The notes: a model not told the origin generated them from the sequence alone. Shown: positions 30,233 through 41,586, counted from the stretch's first letter. The stretch: DNA of 64,000 nucleotides from Acidobacteriota bacterium (GCA_965248695.1 CBDFKD010000002.1:4064001-4128000); one strand, 5' to 3'. Translations and numbers: made by a program.

Positions 30233-31117
30233 ATGCTCGGCTCCCGCGCTGTGGAGTTGGCTGCGGCGGCCGCCCGCGATGTCGGGCTTAGCTCCGAAGG
30301 GGCGGCTATCCACCGGCGCCTCACATCGGTTCACGTGGAGTTGCCCGCTGCCGGGGTGATGGCACGCGTGGAGCCTGGGGACGCGCTCGCCGTTGCGCAG
30401 CGGCAGGTAGAGGTGGCGCGGTTTCTGGCGACGAAGGCCGTGCGCACGGCACGCCTGGTCGCTCCGGACCGGCAGCCGCTAATCTACCCCGACGGCATCG
30501 TTACGCTCTGGAAGTCGGTGGTCATTGTCGAGCGCCGGCCCGCGCCGGCCCTTCTCGGGCGGCTCGCCAGGCGGCTTCACGAGGTCTCGGCCGGCGGGAT
30601 TCCTGACGAGATTCCGGATCTCGATCCCTTTTTTCCGGTTCGTCGCTTGCTTGATCGACTCGGCCCGGGAATGCCACCCGAGAGAATCGGGAAGCTCCGG
30701 GACGAGCTCGATCGACTCACCCGATCCTGGCAGGAGACGATTGCCAATGACCCGCTGGGCACGGTGGTCGTTCATGGCGACTTCCACAAAGACAACGTTG
30801 TCGTGACACCCCACGGCCTCACCCTCCTGGACCTTGAGGATGCGGGTAGGGGACCCGCCAGCTGGGACCTGGTGCCACACCTGGTCGGCGCACGCCGGTA
30901 TGGCACGCCGCCCGCAGAGTGCCGGTCCTTCTGCGAGGGCTACGGCGCCGATCCCCTGACCTGGGATGGCACTGAGGTTCTGTGTCGTGTCTACGAGTTC
31001 CACCTGACCTGCTGGGCGGTCTCTCTCCGGCACACCTCGCCAGAGATGGCCGCGGAAGCCGAAGTGCGCCTCTCCAGTTTCCTCGGCAGCACCGATCGGC
31101 GATGGTCCCTCCGCTAA
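30233..31117 (+). CDS. Aminoglycoside phosphotransferase (APH)/choline kinase family protein
   Basis: Brenner motif VHGDFHKDNV, LLDLE and GPASWDL. Confidence 0.85.
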   Translation: MLGSRAVELAAAAARDVGLSSEGAAIHRRLTSVHVELPAAGVMARVEPGDALAVAQRQVEVARFLATKAVRTARLVAPDRQPLIYPDGIVTLWKSVVIVERRPAPALLGRLARRLHEVSAGGIPDEIPDLDPFFPVRRLLDRLGPGMPPERIGKLRDELDRLTRSWQETIANDPLGTVVVHGDFHKDNVVVTPHGLTLLDLEDAGRGPASWDLVPHLVGARRYGTPPAECRSFCEGYGADPLTWDGTEVLCRVYEFHLTCWAVSLRHTSPEMAAEAEVRLSSFLGSTDRRWSLR

Positions 31118-31485
31118 CAGGTGGTGGTCAAAGTGCCGCATCCGATCCGCGCTGCCGCGGGCGCGAGGCCGCGCGCGCCGAGGCCGTCGTGTGCCGTCTC
31201 GTAGAGCGCTCTTCGCCTTACGGCACCCGCTTCGCCTTCGATGAAAACGGGGCCTCGGTAGTTCTCGGTGGTGTGGACTAACGCGTCCGAATCGGCGTAC
31301 CGGAGGAGGGTTCGCCGCAGAGAGCGTCCGTTACAACCAAGCCTCCCACCGCCAACGCCCGCGGCGTCGAAGGCCGTGCCCAACGCCCCGGCGAGCTCGA
31401 GGCCGGTCGAGTTTTCTGCCACCTGCTGCCTCAGGGACTTCCTCGACGCTGCTTCCGGGAAGAAGACGTAGCGCCCAACAGATGA

Positions 31486-31788
31486 CTACGAGAGCGCCTC
31501 GTCCAGTATCTCGAGGGCTAGCGGCCAGTTCTCCTTGTGCCCGTCGCGGGACTTCTCGGAGACGAAACCCGAATGGGTCAATCTGACTTCTGTCGCCGCA
31601 TCTTTGGGAACCAGCTCAATCCGAATGACGGTCTCGGCTCCTTCTGTTCCCTCGGCGGTTCCATTGCCCGTCATCCACGTCATTTCGATGAGCTGGTTCT
31701 CTTTCACGTCGAGGAATCGGCCGTAGTGGGGGTGTCGGCCCCATTCGTCCCGGTTGTAGAAGAAGTATGGCCGCCCCGGCTCCGGCAC
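31486..31788 (-). pseudogene. SRPBCC/AHSA1-like protein, 5' end removed by IS copy B
   Basis: RHPHYGRFL...MTW...ETVIRIEL...TEVRLTHSGF...W..AL; the frame runs into the IS end at 31789. Confidence 0.8.
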
Positions 31789-33048
31789 TGACCTGACCCC
31801 CGAAAACGGATCCGGATGTAATCTCACGATCTGGGTCAAGAACGGGAGGTCAGAATGCCGAGTAAGAGGCACAGCGCCGAGCAGATCGTACGCAAGCTCC
31901 GGGAGGCTGAGGTGGAGCTGGCTCGAGGGGCGACGGTCAAGGATGCCTGCCGCAAGCTAGCAATCACCGAGCACACCTACTACCGGTGGCGGCGAGAGTA
32001 CGGCGGACTGAAGCTCAACCAGGCCAGAAAGCTCAAGCAACTGGAGAAGGAGAATGCCCGGCTCAAGAGGCTGGTGGCGGAAAAGGAACTCGACCTGTCG
32101 ATCCTGAAGGAAGTGGCGGAGGGAAACTTCTGAGCCCAGCTCGGCGGCGAGAGGCGGTGGCACATGTACGGGGGCGGCTGGGCGTCTCGGAGAGGCGGGC
32201 GTGTCGGGTACTGAAACAACCACGCACGACACACCGGTACGTGCCAAGAGAGCCGCAACAGGAGCAGATTTTGACGGAGCGGATCGTGGATTTAGCCCGA
32301 CAGTACGGGCGCTACGGATATCGGAGGGTGACAGCGTTGCTGCGCATGGAGGGCTGGTCCGTGAACCACAAACGAGTGCAGCGTATCTGGCGGCGCGAAG
32401 GGCTGAAAGTACCGAGAAAACAGCCCAAACGAGCACGGCTGTGGCTGAGCGATGGCTCCTGCATCCGGCTGCGCCCACAGCACCGGGATCATGTCTGGGC
32501 GTATGACTTCCTGCACCACCGGACGCACGACGGTCGGGCTATGAGGCTGCTGACGATCGTCGATGAGTACACACGAGAAAGCCTGGCGATCCATGTAGCA
32601 CGGAAGCTCAACTCTGAGGACGTGCTGGAGCAGCTCGGGAGGTTGTTCGTACACCGGGGCATACCTGAGCACATCCGGTCGGATAACGGACCAGAGTTCA
32701 CCGCCGAGGCGGTTCGCGACTGGCTGGGCCGGTTGGGCGTGGGGACGCTGTTCATCGAGCCGGGCTCGCCGTGGGAGAACGGTTACGTGGAGAGCTTCAA
32801 CGGCAAGCTACGCGACGAGCTGCTGGATGGAGAGATCTTCTACACGCTCAAGGAGGCAAAGGTTCTGATCGAGAGATGGCGTCAGCACTACAACCGCATG
32901 CGACCGCACAGCTCGCTGAGCTATCGGCCGCCCGCACCCGAAGCGACGTTGTTGAAGCCGGCTGCGCTCCGCTTCGCCGGCCTCAACAACCTCTTGTCAG
33001 CACCGAGTTACTGAGATAAGACATGGTACTAACCGCGGGGTCAGGTCA
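31789..33048 (+). mobile_element. IS3-family element, copy B (1260 bp)
   Basis: Same ends and identical translated ORFs as copy A; no target duplication. Confidence 0.97.
31855..33014 (+). CDS. IS3 transposase OrfAB, copy B
   Basis: Translations identical to copy A. Confidence 0.95.
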
Positions 33049-33869
33049 AAATCTCCTAGTTTGAGTTGCCCACGTATAGCCGAAAACAGAGTACCGATTC
33101 TGGTACCCGGGTCAGTGAACAACTAATACACCGGAGCGAATCGGTAAGTTGAGCAAACCCCCGTACTTGACCCTGTTGCAACCGTGGGTTGCCCAGAGCG
33201 CGCACGACAGCGCGTCCTGGTTGCCCCTGCCGTTACTGTGCATCCCCCGTGCTGAACTGTTCGCGACGGTGCGTATACAGGAAGGACTCACCGTCTTTTC
33301 TCGGTTCGATCTCGGCAAGGTCGGCAGTCATCAGTACCCCGGTCAGCTCCGTCATGGTTGCCGCCTGGGCCGTGAAGAGCTCCTTGTTCCAGCGTTCAAT
33401 GCCGGCCGCGGTGGACCAGTAGTGGCCGAGGAATCCGCCAAGCGCGTATCCCGGTAGGTCGAGGCACGCCCAGACTTCACAGCTGTAGTAGCCCGTATCG
33501 GGTAGTGCGATGACGCCGACGCCCCACCACACTTGCTGGAGACCGCCATTGATTCCAGGTCGCTCGGGCACGGACACTATGGCGCGTGACCAGCCGTACT
33601 TCTTGACGGCAGTGATCGCGGCATCGATCAGGACCGGGTTATTGCGTGACCAGAGATAAGACTGTTCGGCATACCCTGTTGCCTCCACGACGCCGTCAAC
33701 TTCGCGATAGTCCATCTCGCCCATGTGCTCGGCCTGGATGAGCCCCACGAGCTTCTCGCGCGCTTCCGGATAACGGTTCAACCAGGACGGTTCAGTGTGC
33801 GCCGCCTCCATGCCGGGAATGTAGTGTCGACAATCGAGGTACACGACCAGCGTCCGTGGTCGATGCTCC

Positions 33870-35232
33870 GGATCCGGCCCGAGTCCTGTGGAAATAAAGA
33901 TGGCGTAACCTCCGAGTAGGAAAAACACAAAGCCGCCACGAGCGGCAGGAGGCTACGCCGTGAAGCAGGTTAGCACGGAGGGAACCGGGCTCGTCGAGTT
34001 CCGGCAGGACGTACAGGCGCTGTTGCGCACCAGGATCCGCGAGGCGATCCAGATGACGCTTGACGAGGAGCTCACCGAGGCGCTGGGTTGCGACCGATAC
34101 GAGCGCAACGGGCAGCGGCGAGGCTACCGCAACGGCAGCCAAAGGCGTCGGGTGACGACAGCCCAAGGGCTCCAGGAGCTGGACATACCGCGGGGGCGCA
34201 TCGTGGGGCAAGACGGCAGCACCCGAGAGTTCCGCAGCGCGATCCTGCCACGGTACGCACGGCGAGCCCGGCAGGTGGACGAGGCGATCCTGGGAGCATA
34301 CCTGGCGGGAGCCAACACCCGGCGGATCCGCAAGGCGCTCTCTCCGCTGCTGGGCAAGGCGCACCTGACCAAGAGCACGATCTCCAGGGTGGTGGGGCGC
34401 CTGAAGGCGTACTTCGAGCGCTGGAGACAGCGAGATGTGTCAGGCGAGCGGTACTGGATCCTGTATTTGGACGGGTTCCATCTGAAGGTCAGGCTGGCGA
34501 GGCGGGTCGTGTCGGCGCCGGTACTGGCGGTGCTCGGGGTCCAGCCCGACGGCCAGAAGGTGTTGGTAGCGTTGCAGTTGGCGGTCTCGGAGGCAGCGGT
34601 GCACTGGCAAGGACTGATCGAGTCGCTGGTGAGACGAGGGCTGCAGGCGCCGGAGGTGCTGATCGCCGACGGCCACAAGGGCCTGGCCAAGGCGATCGAG
34701 GTATGGCCCGATGTGTCGGTGCAGCGGTGCACACAACACAAGTGGAGCAACTTACGCGACCACTGCCCGGTTCATGCACGTGCGGAGATGAAGCGGGACT
34801 GGGATGCGATCGTCCGGGCCGATGACGGCAACCAGGCCAGAGCCGCCTACGCCGCCTTCGTACGCAAGTGGTCGACCCTCGTGCCCGCCGTGGCCCGGAG
34901 CCTGCAGGAGGCCGGCTTGAACCTGCTGACTTTCTACCAGTTCCCGAAGCCGATGTGGAAGACGCTGCGCACCACCAACGCCCTCGAGAACCTGAACCGG
35001 GAGTTCCGTCGTCGTACCAAGACGCAGGGCTCGTTCTCGACCGAGGCCGCTGGGGTGACGTTGCTGTGGAGCCTGGTCGCCTTCGGCCAGATCCGCATGC
35101 GACGCATCGATGGCCACCGGTTCTTGGCTCAGCTCACGTGCGGCCCCGACAAACAGGCCGCCTAACCGATAGGATCATCCGTCGTCGCGGAGGAGACGCT
35201 CATCCAATTTCCACGACATTCGGGGCACATCC
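33870..35232 (+). mobile_element. IS256-family insertion sequence with 8-bp target duplication GATGCTCC
   Basis: Imperfect 26-bp IRs GGATCCGGCCCGAGTCCTGTGGAAAT / ATTTCCACGACATTCGGGGCACATCC; GATGCTCC at 33862-33869 and 35233-35240. Confidence 0.92.
33960..35165 (+). CDS. IS256-family (mutator-type) transposase
   Basis: GYRNG, LYLDG, IADGHKGL, QRCTQH and RTTNALENLNREFRRRT. Confidence 0.95.
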   Translation: MKQVSTEGTGLVEFRQDVQALLRTRIREAIQMTLDEELTEALGCDRYERNGQRRGYRNGSQRRRVTTAQGLQELDIPRGRIVGQDGSTREFRSAILPRYARRARQVDEAILGAYLAGANTRRIRKALSPLLGKAHLTKSTISRVVGRLKAYFERWRQRDVSGERYWILYLDGFHLKVRLARRVVSAPVLAVLGVQPDGQKVLVALQLAVSEAAVHWQGLIESLVRRGLQAPEVLIADGHKGLAKAIEVWPDVSVQRCTQHKWSNLRDHCPVHARAEMKRDWDAIVRADDGNQARAAYAAFVRKWSTLVPAVARSLQEAGLNLLTFYQFPKPMWKTLRTTNALENLNREFRRRTKTQGSFSTEAAGVTLLWSLVAFGQIRMRRIDGHRFLAQLTCGPDKQAA

Positions 35233-36319
35233 GATGCTCCTGTGGAATGTGCGAAAAATATTTGACGATCGCGAGCAGGCCGAGCGCGCCGTTGTCCTGC
35301 GTAATCGAGGGCCCGTCTGTATGGTTGGTCAGCACAATCTGCTCATCATCCGGCGTGCCATAGTCTTTGCCCGGCAGATAGGTAATCAGTTGGTAGGCCT
35401 CGGCAGGCTCCACGGTGGCCTCGAGCCTGAGCGTTGCTGACTTGCCGGCCTTTGCATCCTCGATGACCTTGGCGCCATCCTCGCGGGATAGTTTCAACGT
35501 TGGCGCGTCATAGAGTGACGGCACAACAAACGTGTAAAGCCCCCGGGTGCGTTCGTAGGCCATGTCATAGACGATGACCGCACCAGCGGCGTTACCGTCT
35601 TTCGGAATTCTGTCGAGTCGCTGGATAAGCTGCCACGAGGCGTCGAACGTGAAACTCTCGGCAGGATCAACCTTCGTGAACGGCGGCGGCAGAGTATCGG
35701 CGTCCACCGCATACTCATAGTCGTTATAGGTGAAGTTGATCAGATAGTCCCGAGGATACGGCTCGCTCGGGTGCGGGCGCGTGGGAATGACGACGATCTT
35801 GCCCTCGATCGACTCCGGCGGGTTGTCGTGATCGTAGTAGACCATCTCGGCCGTAATGCCATTCGGACCAGTCGACCCGGAATAGGCGCCATAGTGCGCC
35901 ACCCGAACCGGCGTACCGTCCGAATGCAGTGACCAGTTGCTTGAATCGTCCGAAGTGTCCCAGCGCTCGAACTCCCAGCTGTTTTTCCAGGTATCGACGA
36001 CGCCGTATTCCGAAAGCGTTTCTTCCAGGAACGCCATGTAATTGAGCCACTCGGGACTTCCGGTCATGGTGGGGAGGTTGTCGTTCTTGACTGACGCCCA
36101 GGCATGAGCTTCGGCTGTTGTCACCAGCCAATCCGAATCGAGCGTTGCGAATTTCTCCTCATAGGACACTGCGGGGCTGTCGCAGGACATAAGGACGAGC
36201 GATAGCGAACACAGAACGATTGATCGAAGCATAGGGCGAGTTTCCTGTTATTCAGTTCGATTACCGCGGACCGGCCCAGACCGATCCGCACCTACCTTTC
36301 CGGAGCTTGAGGAGTCCAA

Positions 36320-36579
36320 ATGAGAAATAACAACTCGATCGTGGCGATCGCGATGACGGTCGCGGTTCTTCTCACTTTTCCGAGTTCCACCTTTGCCCAG
36401 CAGAAAGTGTTCATCGACGCAGATGTCGGAGGCGTGGTCGGCACCGACATTCAATCCATGTTGATGCTTCTCCAGTCGCCGGCCATCGAGGTCGTGGGAG
36501 TCAGCATCGTCTCTGGTGACGGCTGGCTCAAGGCAAGTACACAGCGAGCGCTCCGAATGCTGGAGCTGACCGGGCATGG
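36320..36579 (+). pseudogene. Secreted nucleoside hydrolase, N-terminal part truncated by IS copy C
   Basis: Signal peptide; KVFIDADVG, LLQSPAIEVVGVSIVSGD and ALRMLELTG. Confidence 0.8.
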
Positions 36580-37839
36580 TGACCTGACCCCCGAAAACGG
36601 ATCCGGATGTAATCTCACGATCTGGGTCAAGAACGGGAGGTCAGAATGCCGAGTAAGAGGCACAGCGCCGAGCAGATCGTACGCAAGCTCCGGGAGGCTG
36701 AGGTGGAGCTGGCTCGAGGGGCGACGGTCAAGGATGCCTGCCGCAAGCTAGCAATCACCGAGCACACCTACTACCGGTGGCGGCGAGAGTACGGCGGACT
36801 GAAGCTCAACCAGGCCAGAAAGCTCAAGCAACTGGAGAAGGAGAATGCCCGGCTCAAGAGGCTGGTGGCGGAAAAGGAACTCGACCTGTCGATCCTGAAG
36901 GAAGTGGCGGAGGGAAACTTCTGAGCCCAGCTCGGCGGCGAGAGGCGGTGGCACATGTACGGGGGCGGCTGGGCGTCTCGGAGAGGCGGGCGTGTCGGGT
37001 ACTGAAACAACCACGCACGACACACCGGTACGTGCCAAGAGAGCCGCAACAGGAGCAGATTTTGACGGAGCGGATCGTGGATTTAGCCCGACAGTACGGG
37101 CGCTACGGATATCGGAGGGTGACAGCGTTGCTGCGCATGGAGGGCTGGTCCGTGAACCACAAACGAGTGCAGCGTATCTGGCGGCGCGAAGGGCTGAAAG
37201 TACCGAGAAAACAGCCCAAACGAGCACGGCTGTGGCTGAGCGATGGCTCCTGCATCCGGCTGCGCCCACAGCACCGGGATCATGTCTGGGCGTATGACTT
37301 CCTGCACCACCGGACGCACGACGGTCGGGCTATGAGGCTGCTGACGATCGTCGATGAGTACACACGAGAAAGCCTGGCGATCCATGTAGCACGGAAGCTC
37401 AACTCTGAGGACGTGCTGGAGCAGCTCGGGAGGTTGTTCGTACACCGGGGCATACCTGAGCACATCCGGTCGGATAACGGACCAGAGTTCACCGCCGAGG
37501 CGGTTCGCGACTGGCTGGGCCGGTTGGGCGTGGGGACGCTGTTCATCGAGCCGGGCTCGCCGTGGGAGAACGGTTACGTGGAGAGCTTCAACGGCAAGCT
37601 ACGCGACGAGCTGCTGGATGGAGAGATCTTCTACACGCTCAAGGAGGCAAAGGTTCTGATCGAGAGATGGCGTCAGCACTACAACCGCATGCGACCGCAC
37701 AGCTCGCTGAGCTATCGGCCGCCCGCACCCGAAGCGACGTTGTTGAAGCCGGCTGCGCTCCGCTTCGCCGGCCTCAACAACCTCTTGTCAGCACCGAGTT
37801 ACTGAGATAAGACATGGTACTAACCGCGGGGTCAGGTCA
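36580..37839 (+). mobile_element. IS3-family element, copy C (1260 bp)
   Basis: Same ends and ORFs as copies A and B; no target duplication. Confidence 0.97.
36646..37805 (+). CDS. IS3 transposase OrfAB, copy C
   Basis: Translations identical to copy A. Confidence 0.95.
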
Positions 37840-37890
37840 CTGGACTTGGACCGTTTCTACAAACTGTACATTGACCTGATGAAGCGCTAG
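37840..37890 (+). pseudogene. Probable C-terminal tail of the nucleoside hydrolase
   Basis: LDLDRFYKLYIDLMKR* immediately after the IS; resembles the D.D..RF...C-terminal helix of nucleoside hydrolases. Confidence 0.6.
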
Positions 37891-37971
37891 TCACCCTGAA
37901 CATTTTCATCATGAAGCGCAACTGCGAGTCCAACACGACCTCGATTTCGAACGGTTCATTCGGGGCAGTCG

Positions 37972-38571
37972 CTATGTCCGCTGGCGGCGGAGCTGCATGG
38001 CAAGCCGCCGAGTCCAACGCAGCGCCGCGCAGGGGGTGACCGCCGCCACGGCCGCGGCGGAGTTTTGCAGCATGTCCAACGGATCGAACACGCGGCTGGG
38101 TAGAAACGCCTGGATGCTCTCATCGAGCACGCCGATCAGCGACGTCGCCAGGATGGCGAGCAAGGCGGGCACGGGTACTCGGCGACTCTGGCTCGCTCGC
38201 TCGGTGAGCGCCTCATAGATGAGGAGGGCGACCACGCTGTACTCCAGGAGGTGGGAGCGTTCGGCCGGGAGCGCCATCCGGATGGCCACCAAGACGTAAG
38301 CGACCCCGACTCCCAATGCGACGGCGATTTCCACGCCGCCCGGCCTTACCTTCAGCCCCTGGGTCAAGACCATCACCCCGACCAGCAGCATGCAGATGAA
38401 GAAGCCTGCGCCCATGACGCTGTCGTCCAGTACCCCCACCAGCGTTCGCGCCAGGCCGAGGGTCGAGTAAACCGCCACCACGACGGCCAGCGTCCAGCCC
38501 CACAGGCGCTGCTCTCGATCGGAGGTGAACAGGAGCCAGGATTGACGTTTCGATGCGTCCAGATCCGACAT
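37972..38571 (-). CDS. VanZ-like membrane protein
   Basis: ERSHLLEY and GVLDESIQAFLPSRVFDPLDMLQN; several hydrophobic segments. Confidence 0.8.
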   Translation of the reverse strand: MSDLDASKRQSWLLFTSDREQRLWGWTLAVVVAVYSTLGLARTLVGVLDDSVMGAGFFICMLLVGVMVLTQGLKVRPGGVEIAVALGVGVAYVLVAIRMALPAERSHLLEYSVVALLIYEALTERASQSRRVPVPALLAILATSLIGVLDESIQAFLPSRVFDPLDMLQNSAAAVAAVTPCAALRWTRRLAMQLRRQRT

Positions 38572-38621
38572 GAATCATCCTCAGCAGAGGGGGGCCGCGG
38601 TTGACGGGTGGCAATCTCAAG

Positions 38622-38665
38622 TGTTGACATCGTCAACATACTGGAGAATGTTTACTACGTCAACA
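38622..38665. promoter_or_regulatory. Tandem palindromic operator-like sites
   Basis: TGTTGAC-ATC-GTCAACA (38622-38638) and TGTTTAC-TAC-GTCAACA (38649-38665), each followed by TACT. Confidence 0.6.
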
Positions 38666-38755
38666 TACTCGGTCATCGTTGACCGATAGGGCGCGAGCAT
38701 GTCACCACGGGAACCCGCGGGCGGCACTGCTCGCTGAAGCCGCCGTCATGATCGG

Positions 38756-38771
38756 CGAGGGAGGGACTCGA
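38756..38771 (-). repeat. tRNA-Leu 3'-end fragment (att-like), copy 3 (short)
   Basis: CGAGGGAGGGACTCGA, a 16-bp exact match to the 42767 fragment. Confidence 0.65.
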
Positions 38772-38800
38772 GCTCAACCGGGTTGCTGATGGATCACCGA

Positions 38801-38825
38801 AGTACCGAGGGAGGGGCTCGAACCC
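38801..38825 (-). repeat. tRNA-Leu 3'-end fragment (att-like), copy 4
   Basis: AGTACCGAGGGAGGGGCTCGAACCC, 24/25 match to 42767-42791. Confidence 0.8.
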
Positions 38826-38985
38826 GAGCTCGTCGAACCTATCTCGGCGACACGAAGGACGACGCTCGAAAGGCGAGCGAGCAGATCGGGGTGCAGAGCT
38901 GGCCGTCCGATCTCGTTGTTCTGGTCGTTGTCTCGGGGTAGCGTCCCGAGCACAGTTTCCAATGCTGAAATCTGGGAGCCACGCC

Positions 38986-40531
38986 ATGCACCCATTGCCG
39001 TGCGCCGGCGGTATCGGACTCGCGCTGTTCGCCTCCCTTGCACTCGTCGGCCAAGACCGGGGCTCCGAACCCACCGCAGAGGACCGCGTCGACGAGGAGT
39101 TCACCGCCGCGGCGATTGCTCTGCTCGCACTCGACGGCAAGCTCTCGCTCGACGACACGATCCAGCGGCATCCTGCCCTGGGTTCCCGAGTTCGAGCATC
39201 CGATCACGATCCGCAATCTGATCCACCACAACAGCGGTATCCGGGATCAGTGGTCGCTGCTCGGAATGTCCGGATGGCGCTACTCGCGCGACCTGATCAC
39301 GGACAACGAAGTCATCTACCTGATCAAGAGGCAGCGCGACCTCAACTTCCGGCCTGGTGAGCGCTACACGTACTCGAACACGGGCTACACGCTGTTGGCC
39401 CTGATCGTGGAAGCGGTCAGCGGCCAGTCGCTGCGCGATTTTACGACTAGTCGGATCTTCGAGCCTCTCAGCATGAGCCGCACGCATTTCCGCGACGACT
39501 TCTCGGAGATCGTCAAGGACCAGGCGTACGGCTACCGCTGGGACGAGGGCGACTCGGTGTTTCGGCTCAGCGTGACCAACTTCGACACCGTCGGCGCCAC
39601 GAGCTTGCTGACGACCGTCGAGGACATGGCGCGTTGGGACCGGAACTTCATCGACCCTGCGGTGGGCGGCCGGGATTTCCTCGACCTCATGCACCGGCGC
39701 GGCACGCTTAACGACGGCGAGGATCAGGACTATGCATTCGGGCTGACACACGGGAGCTACCGGGGAGCTCGGACGGTCGGCCACGGCGGCTCCGACGCGG
39801 GCTACCGTTCGAACTTCCTGCGCTTCCCGGATCACGGCTATAGCTTCGTGGTGTTGTGCAATCTGGCCCAGACGAATCCCGGCCGGCTGGCACAAGCGGT
39901 TGCCGACATCTACCTCGAGGAGCAGCTCGAGCCCGTCGCGGGTGAGACCGGCGCACCGGACCACGCCAGCGCAGCAGCAGCCCCGCCGGTGCCGATCGAC
40001 GAGGGCGCGCTGTCCCGCGTAGAGGGCGTGTACTGGTGGGAGGAGCGCGGGATTCCCCTGCGGATCGGAAGCTCCGAGGGAACGCTCGAGCTGCATGTCG
40101 GCGAAACGGACTTCGAGATCGTCCATACGAGCGACGGCCGTTTCCTGATTCCGCGGCTCGATCGGGTCGCGAGGTTCGAGCCCCCGACGGGCGAGGCGAC
40201 GGCAATGGCGCTGTGGCCGCCCGGCGACGAGAGCCCCATCGATATGGCGGCGAAGATCGCTCCGCTGGACGACACCTCGAATCTTCTCGACTACATCGGC
40301 GCCTATCAGAGCCCCGAGCTCCCGGTCGTCTACTACATCGATATGAACGAGAACACGCTGGTCCTTCATTGGCTCAAGCGCGACCCCGTGGAGCTCACCG
40401 AGGTGGCACGTGACATGCTGATGGGGAGCGCGGGGAGTCTCCGTTTCCAGCGGGGCTCCGACGGCCAGATCAGCGGGTTCGTCCTGGACTCCGGTCGGGT
40501 GAGGAACTTCCGGTTCGAGCGGGTTCGGTGA
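38986..40531 (+). pseudogene. Serine hydrolase (AmpC-like) with internal deletion and +1 frameshift
   Basis: EDRVDE joins directly to EFTAAAIALL, so SxxK is missing. Extra C near 39172. Downstream ITIRNLIHHNSG, YTYSNTGY and VGHGG. Confidence 0.8.
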
Positions 40532-40663
40532 GGGAGGCGGGGCCGTGGGTGCAGGCGTAGCCTGCGTTTGGCGCCTGAGATCCTCGAACGCTTGTTCGCA
40601 GAAACGGTACCGTCCCGTCGTGCTTATCCGAATCCAAAGTCCGTAGCGCATAGACTGGCTGAG

Positions 40664-41083
40664 ATGATCCAGAAGACAGACATCCTGAAGGCAATCGGCG
40701 TCGCCCTCGTCATCATGGTGGTCGACGTGGCGATCAGCTTCCCCGTCGTCGCCGTCTATGCGTACTTCATCGAGCCCGGGCACGATGCAGCGTTCTACGA
40801 ATCAGCGGCCCAGCGAATCGCCCCCTGGTCGAGCGTAGTTGCCGGCGTTTTCTTGTTTTTTGGGGCTCTCTACTGGCTCACCCGACGAAAGCCCGAGCGG
40901 CATGCTGTCGGATTCGCTCTCGCAGTCTGGGTGGCCTTCGCTGCGTTCGCGTTGGCGATCGACTTGGCGATTCTCGCAGGCGCGGGGGGATCGCTGCGCT
41001 CCATCGCCGGCATCGTCGCGTTGTCACTGGCGACCAAGTTCGCCGCAGCCATCACAGGCGCCTGGGTAGCAAGCCGACCCTAG
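40664..41083 (+). CDS. Small membrane protein, unknown function
   Basis: About four hydrophobic segments; start uncertain (ORF from 40568). Confidence 0.6.
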   Translation: MIQKTDILKAIGVALVIMVVDVAISFPVVAVYAYFIEPGHDAAFYESAAQRIAPWSSVVAGVFLFFGALYWLTRRKPERHAVGFALAVWVAFAAFALAIDLAILAGAGGSLRSIAGIVALSLATKFAAAITGAWVASRP

Positions 41084-41356
41084 GGAGCCTTGGTTCGGGA
41101 CCCACCCAGATAGACGATCTCGCCCTCGGATCTACGGCTGGCCCCGATCGGTATCACGTGTCTGTTGCGACTGCGACGACTAGCCGTAGAAGAGCCACTC
41201 GGTGTCGTTGTAGCGGTACGAGTACCGAATGCGTTGAACTAATTCGAGTGTTACCAGTAGCGTCAACAGAGGAAGGAGCGAGAGAACGACCGTCTTAAAC
41301 CGGGTCCGGAGTTTCGATCCATCTCGGAGCCGTAGCGTCAAAACATCCTAGCAAAA

Positions 41357-41400
41357 TGACCTGCCCCATCCAACGATCGGGTCAGTTTCAGGGGAGGTCA
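41357..41400. mobile_element. 44-bp collapsed IS3-type end pair
   Basis: TGACCTGCCCC (same as the end at 25210) ... GGGGAGGTCA; TG...CA termini; no ORF. Confidence 0.6.
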
Positions 41401-41586
41401 CGAAACGCGGTCCGCCAGCTCCGACGATCTCTTGCCGACACCGATTTTACGAGTTATGAAGTGGCCCGAGTTATTTCGTGCATGTCAGATGCAGTTCGGC
41501 GACTCGGAGTTCGATTTGGGAAGGCCGGGTGGACACTCGGCAACCAATTGCTCCTGTCGTCCAATCCTTGCGTGATGGAGGGTGCG

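Larger units (their letters stand above)
33233..36232 (-). pseudogene. PA-domain/M28-like peptidase lipoprotein interrupted by an IS256-family element
   Basis: Lipobox LMSC, IEGKIVVI, NHTDGP and QDNG. Removing the IS plus one GATGCTCC restores HIPQEHR-PRTLVVYL...EHMGE. Confidence 0.8.

Noticed and set aside
30233-31117. Aminoglycoside-resistance composite transposon between IS copies A and B
   Set aside because: The APH/choline kinase fold is broad and the substrate is unknown; no outer target duplication indicates the unit moved together.
33090-33097. AGTACCGA here and at 41221 as extra tRNA fragments
   Set aside because: Eight-base matches are too short to distinguish from chance.
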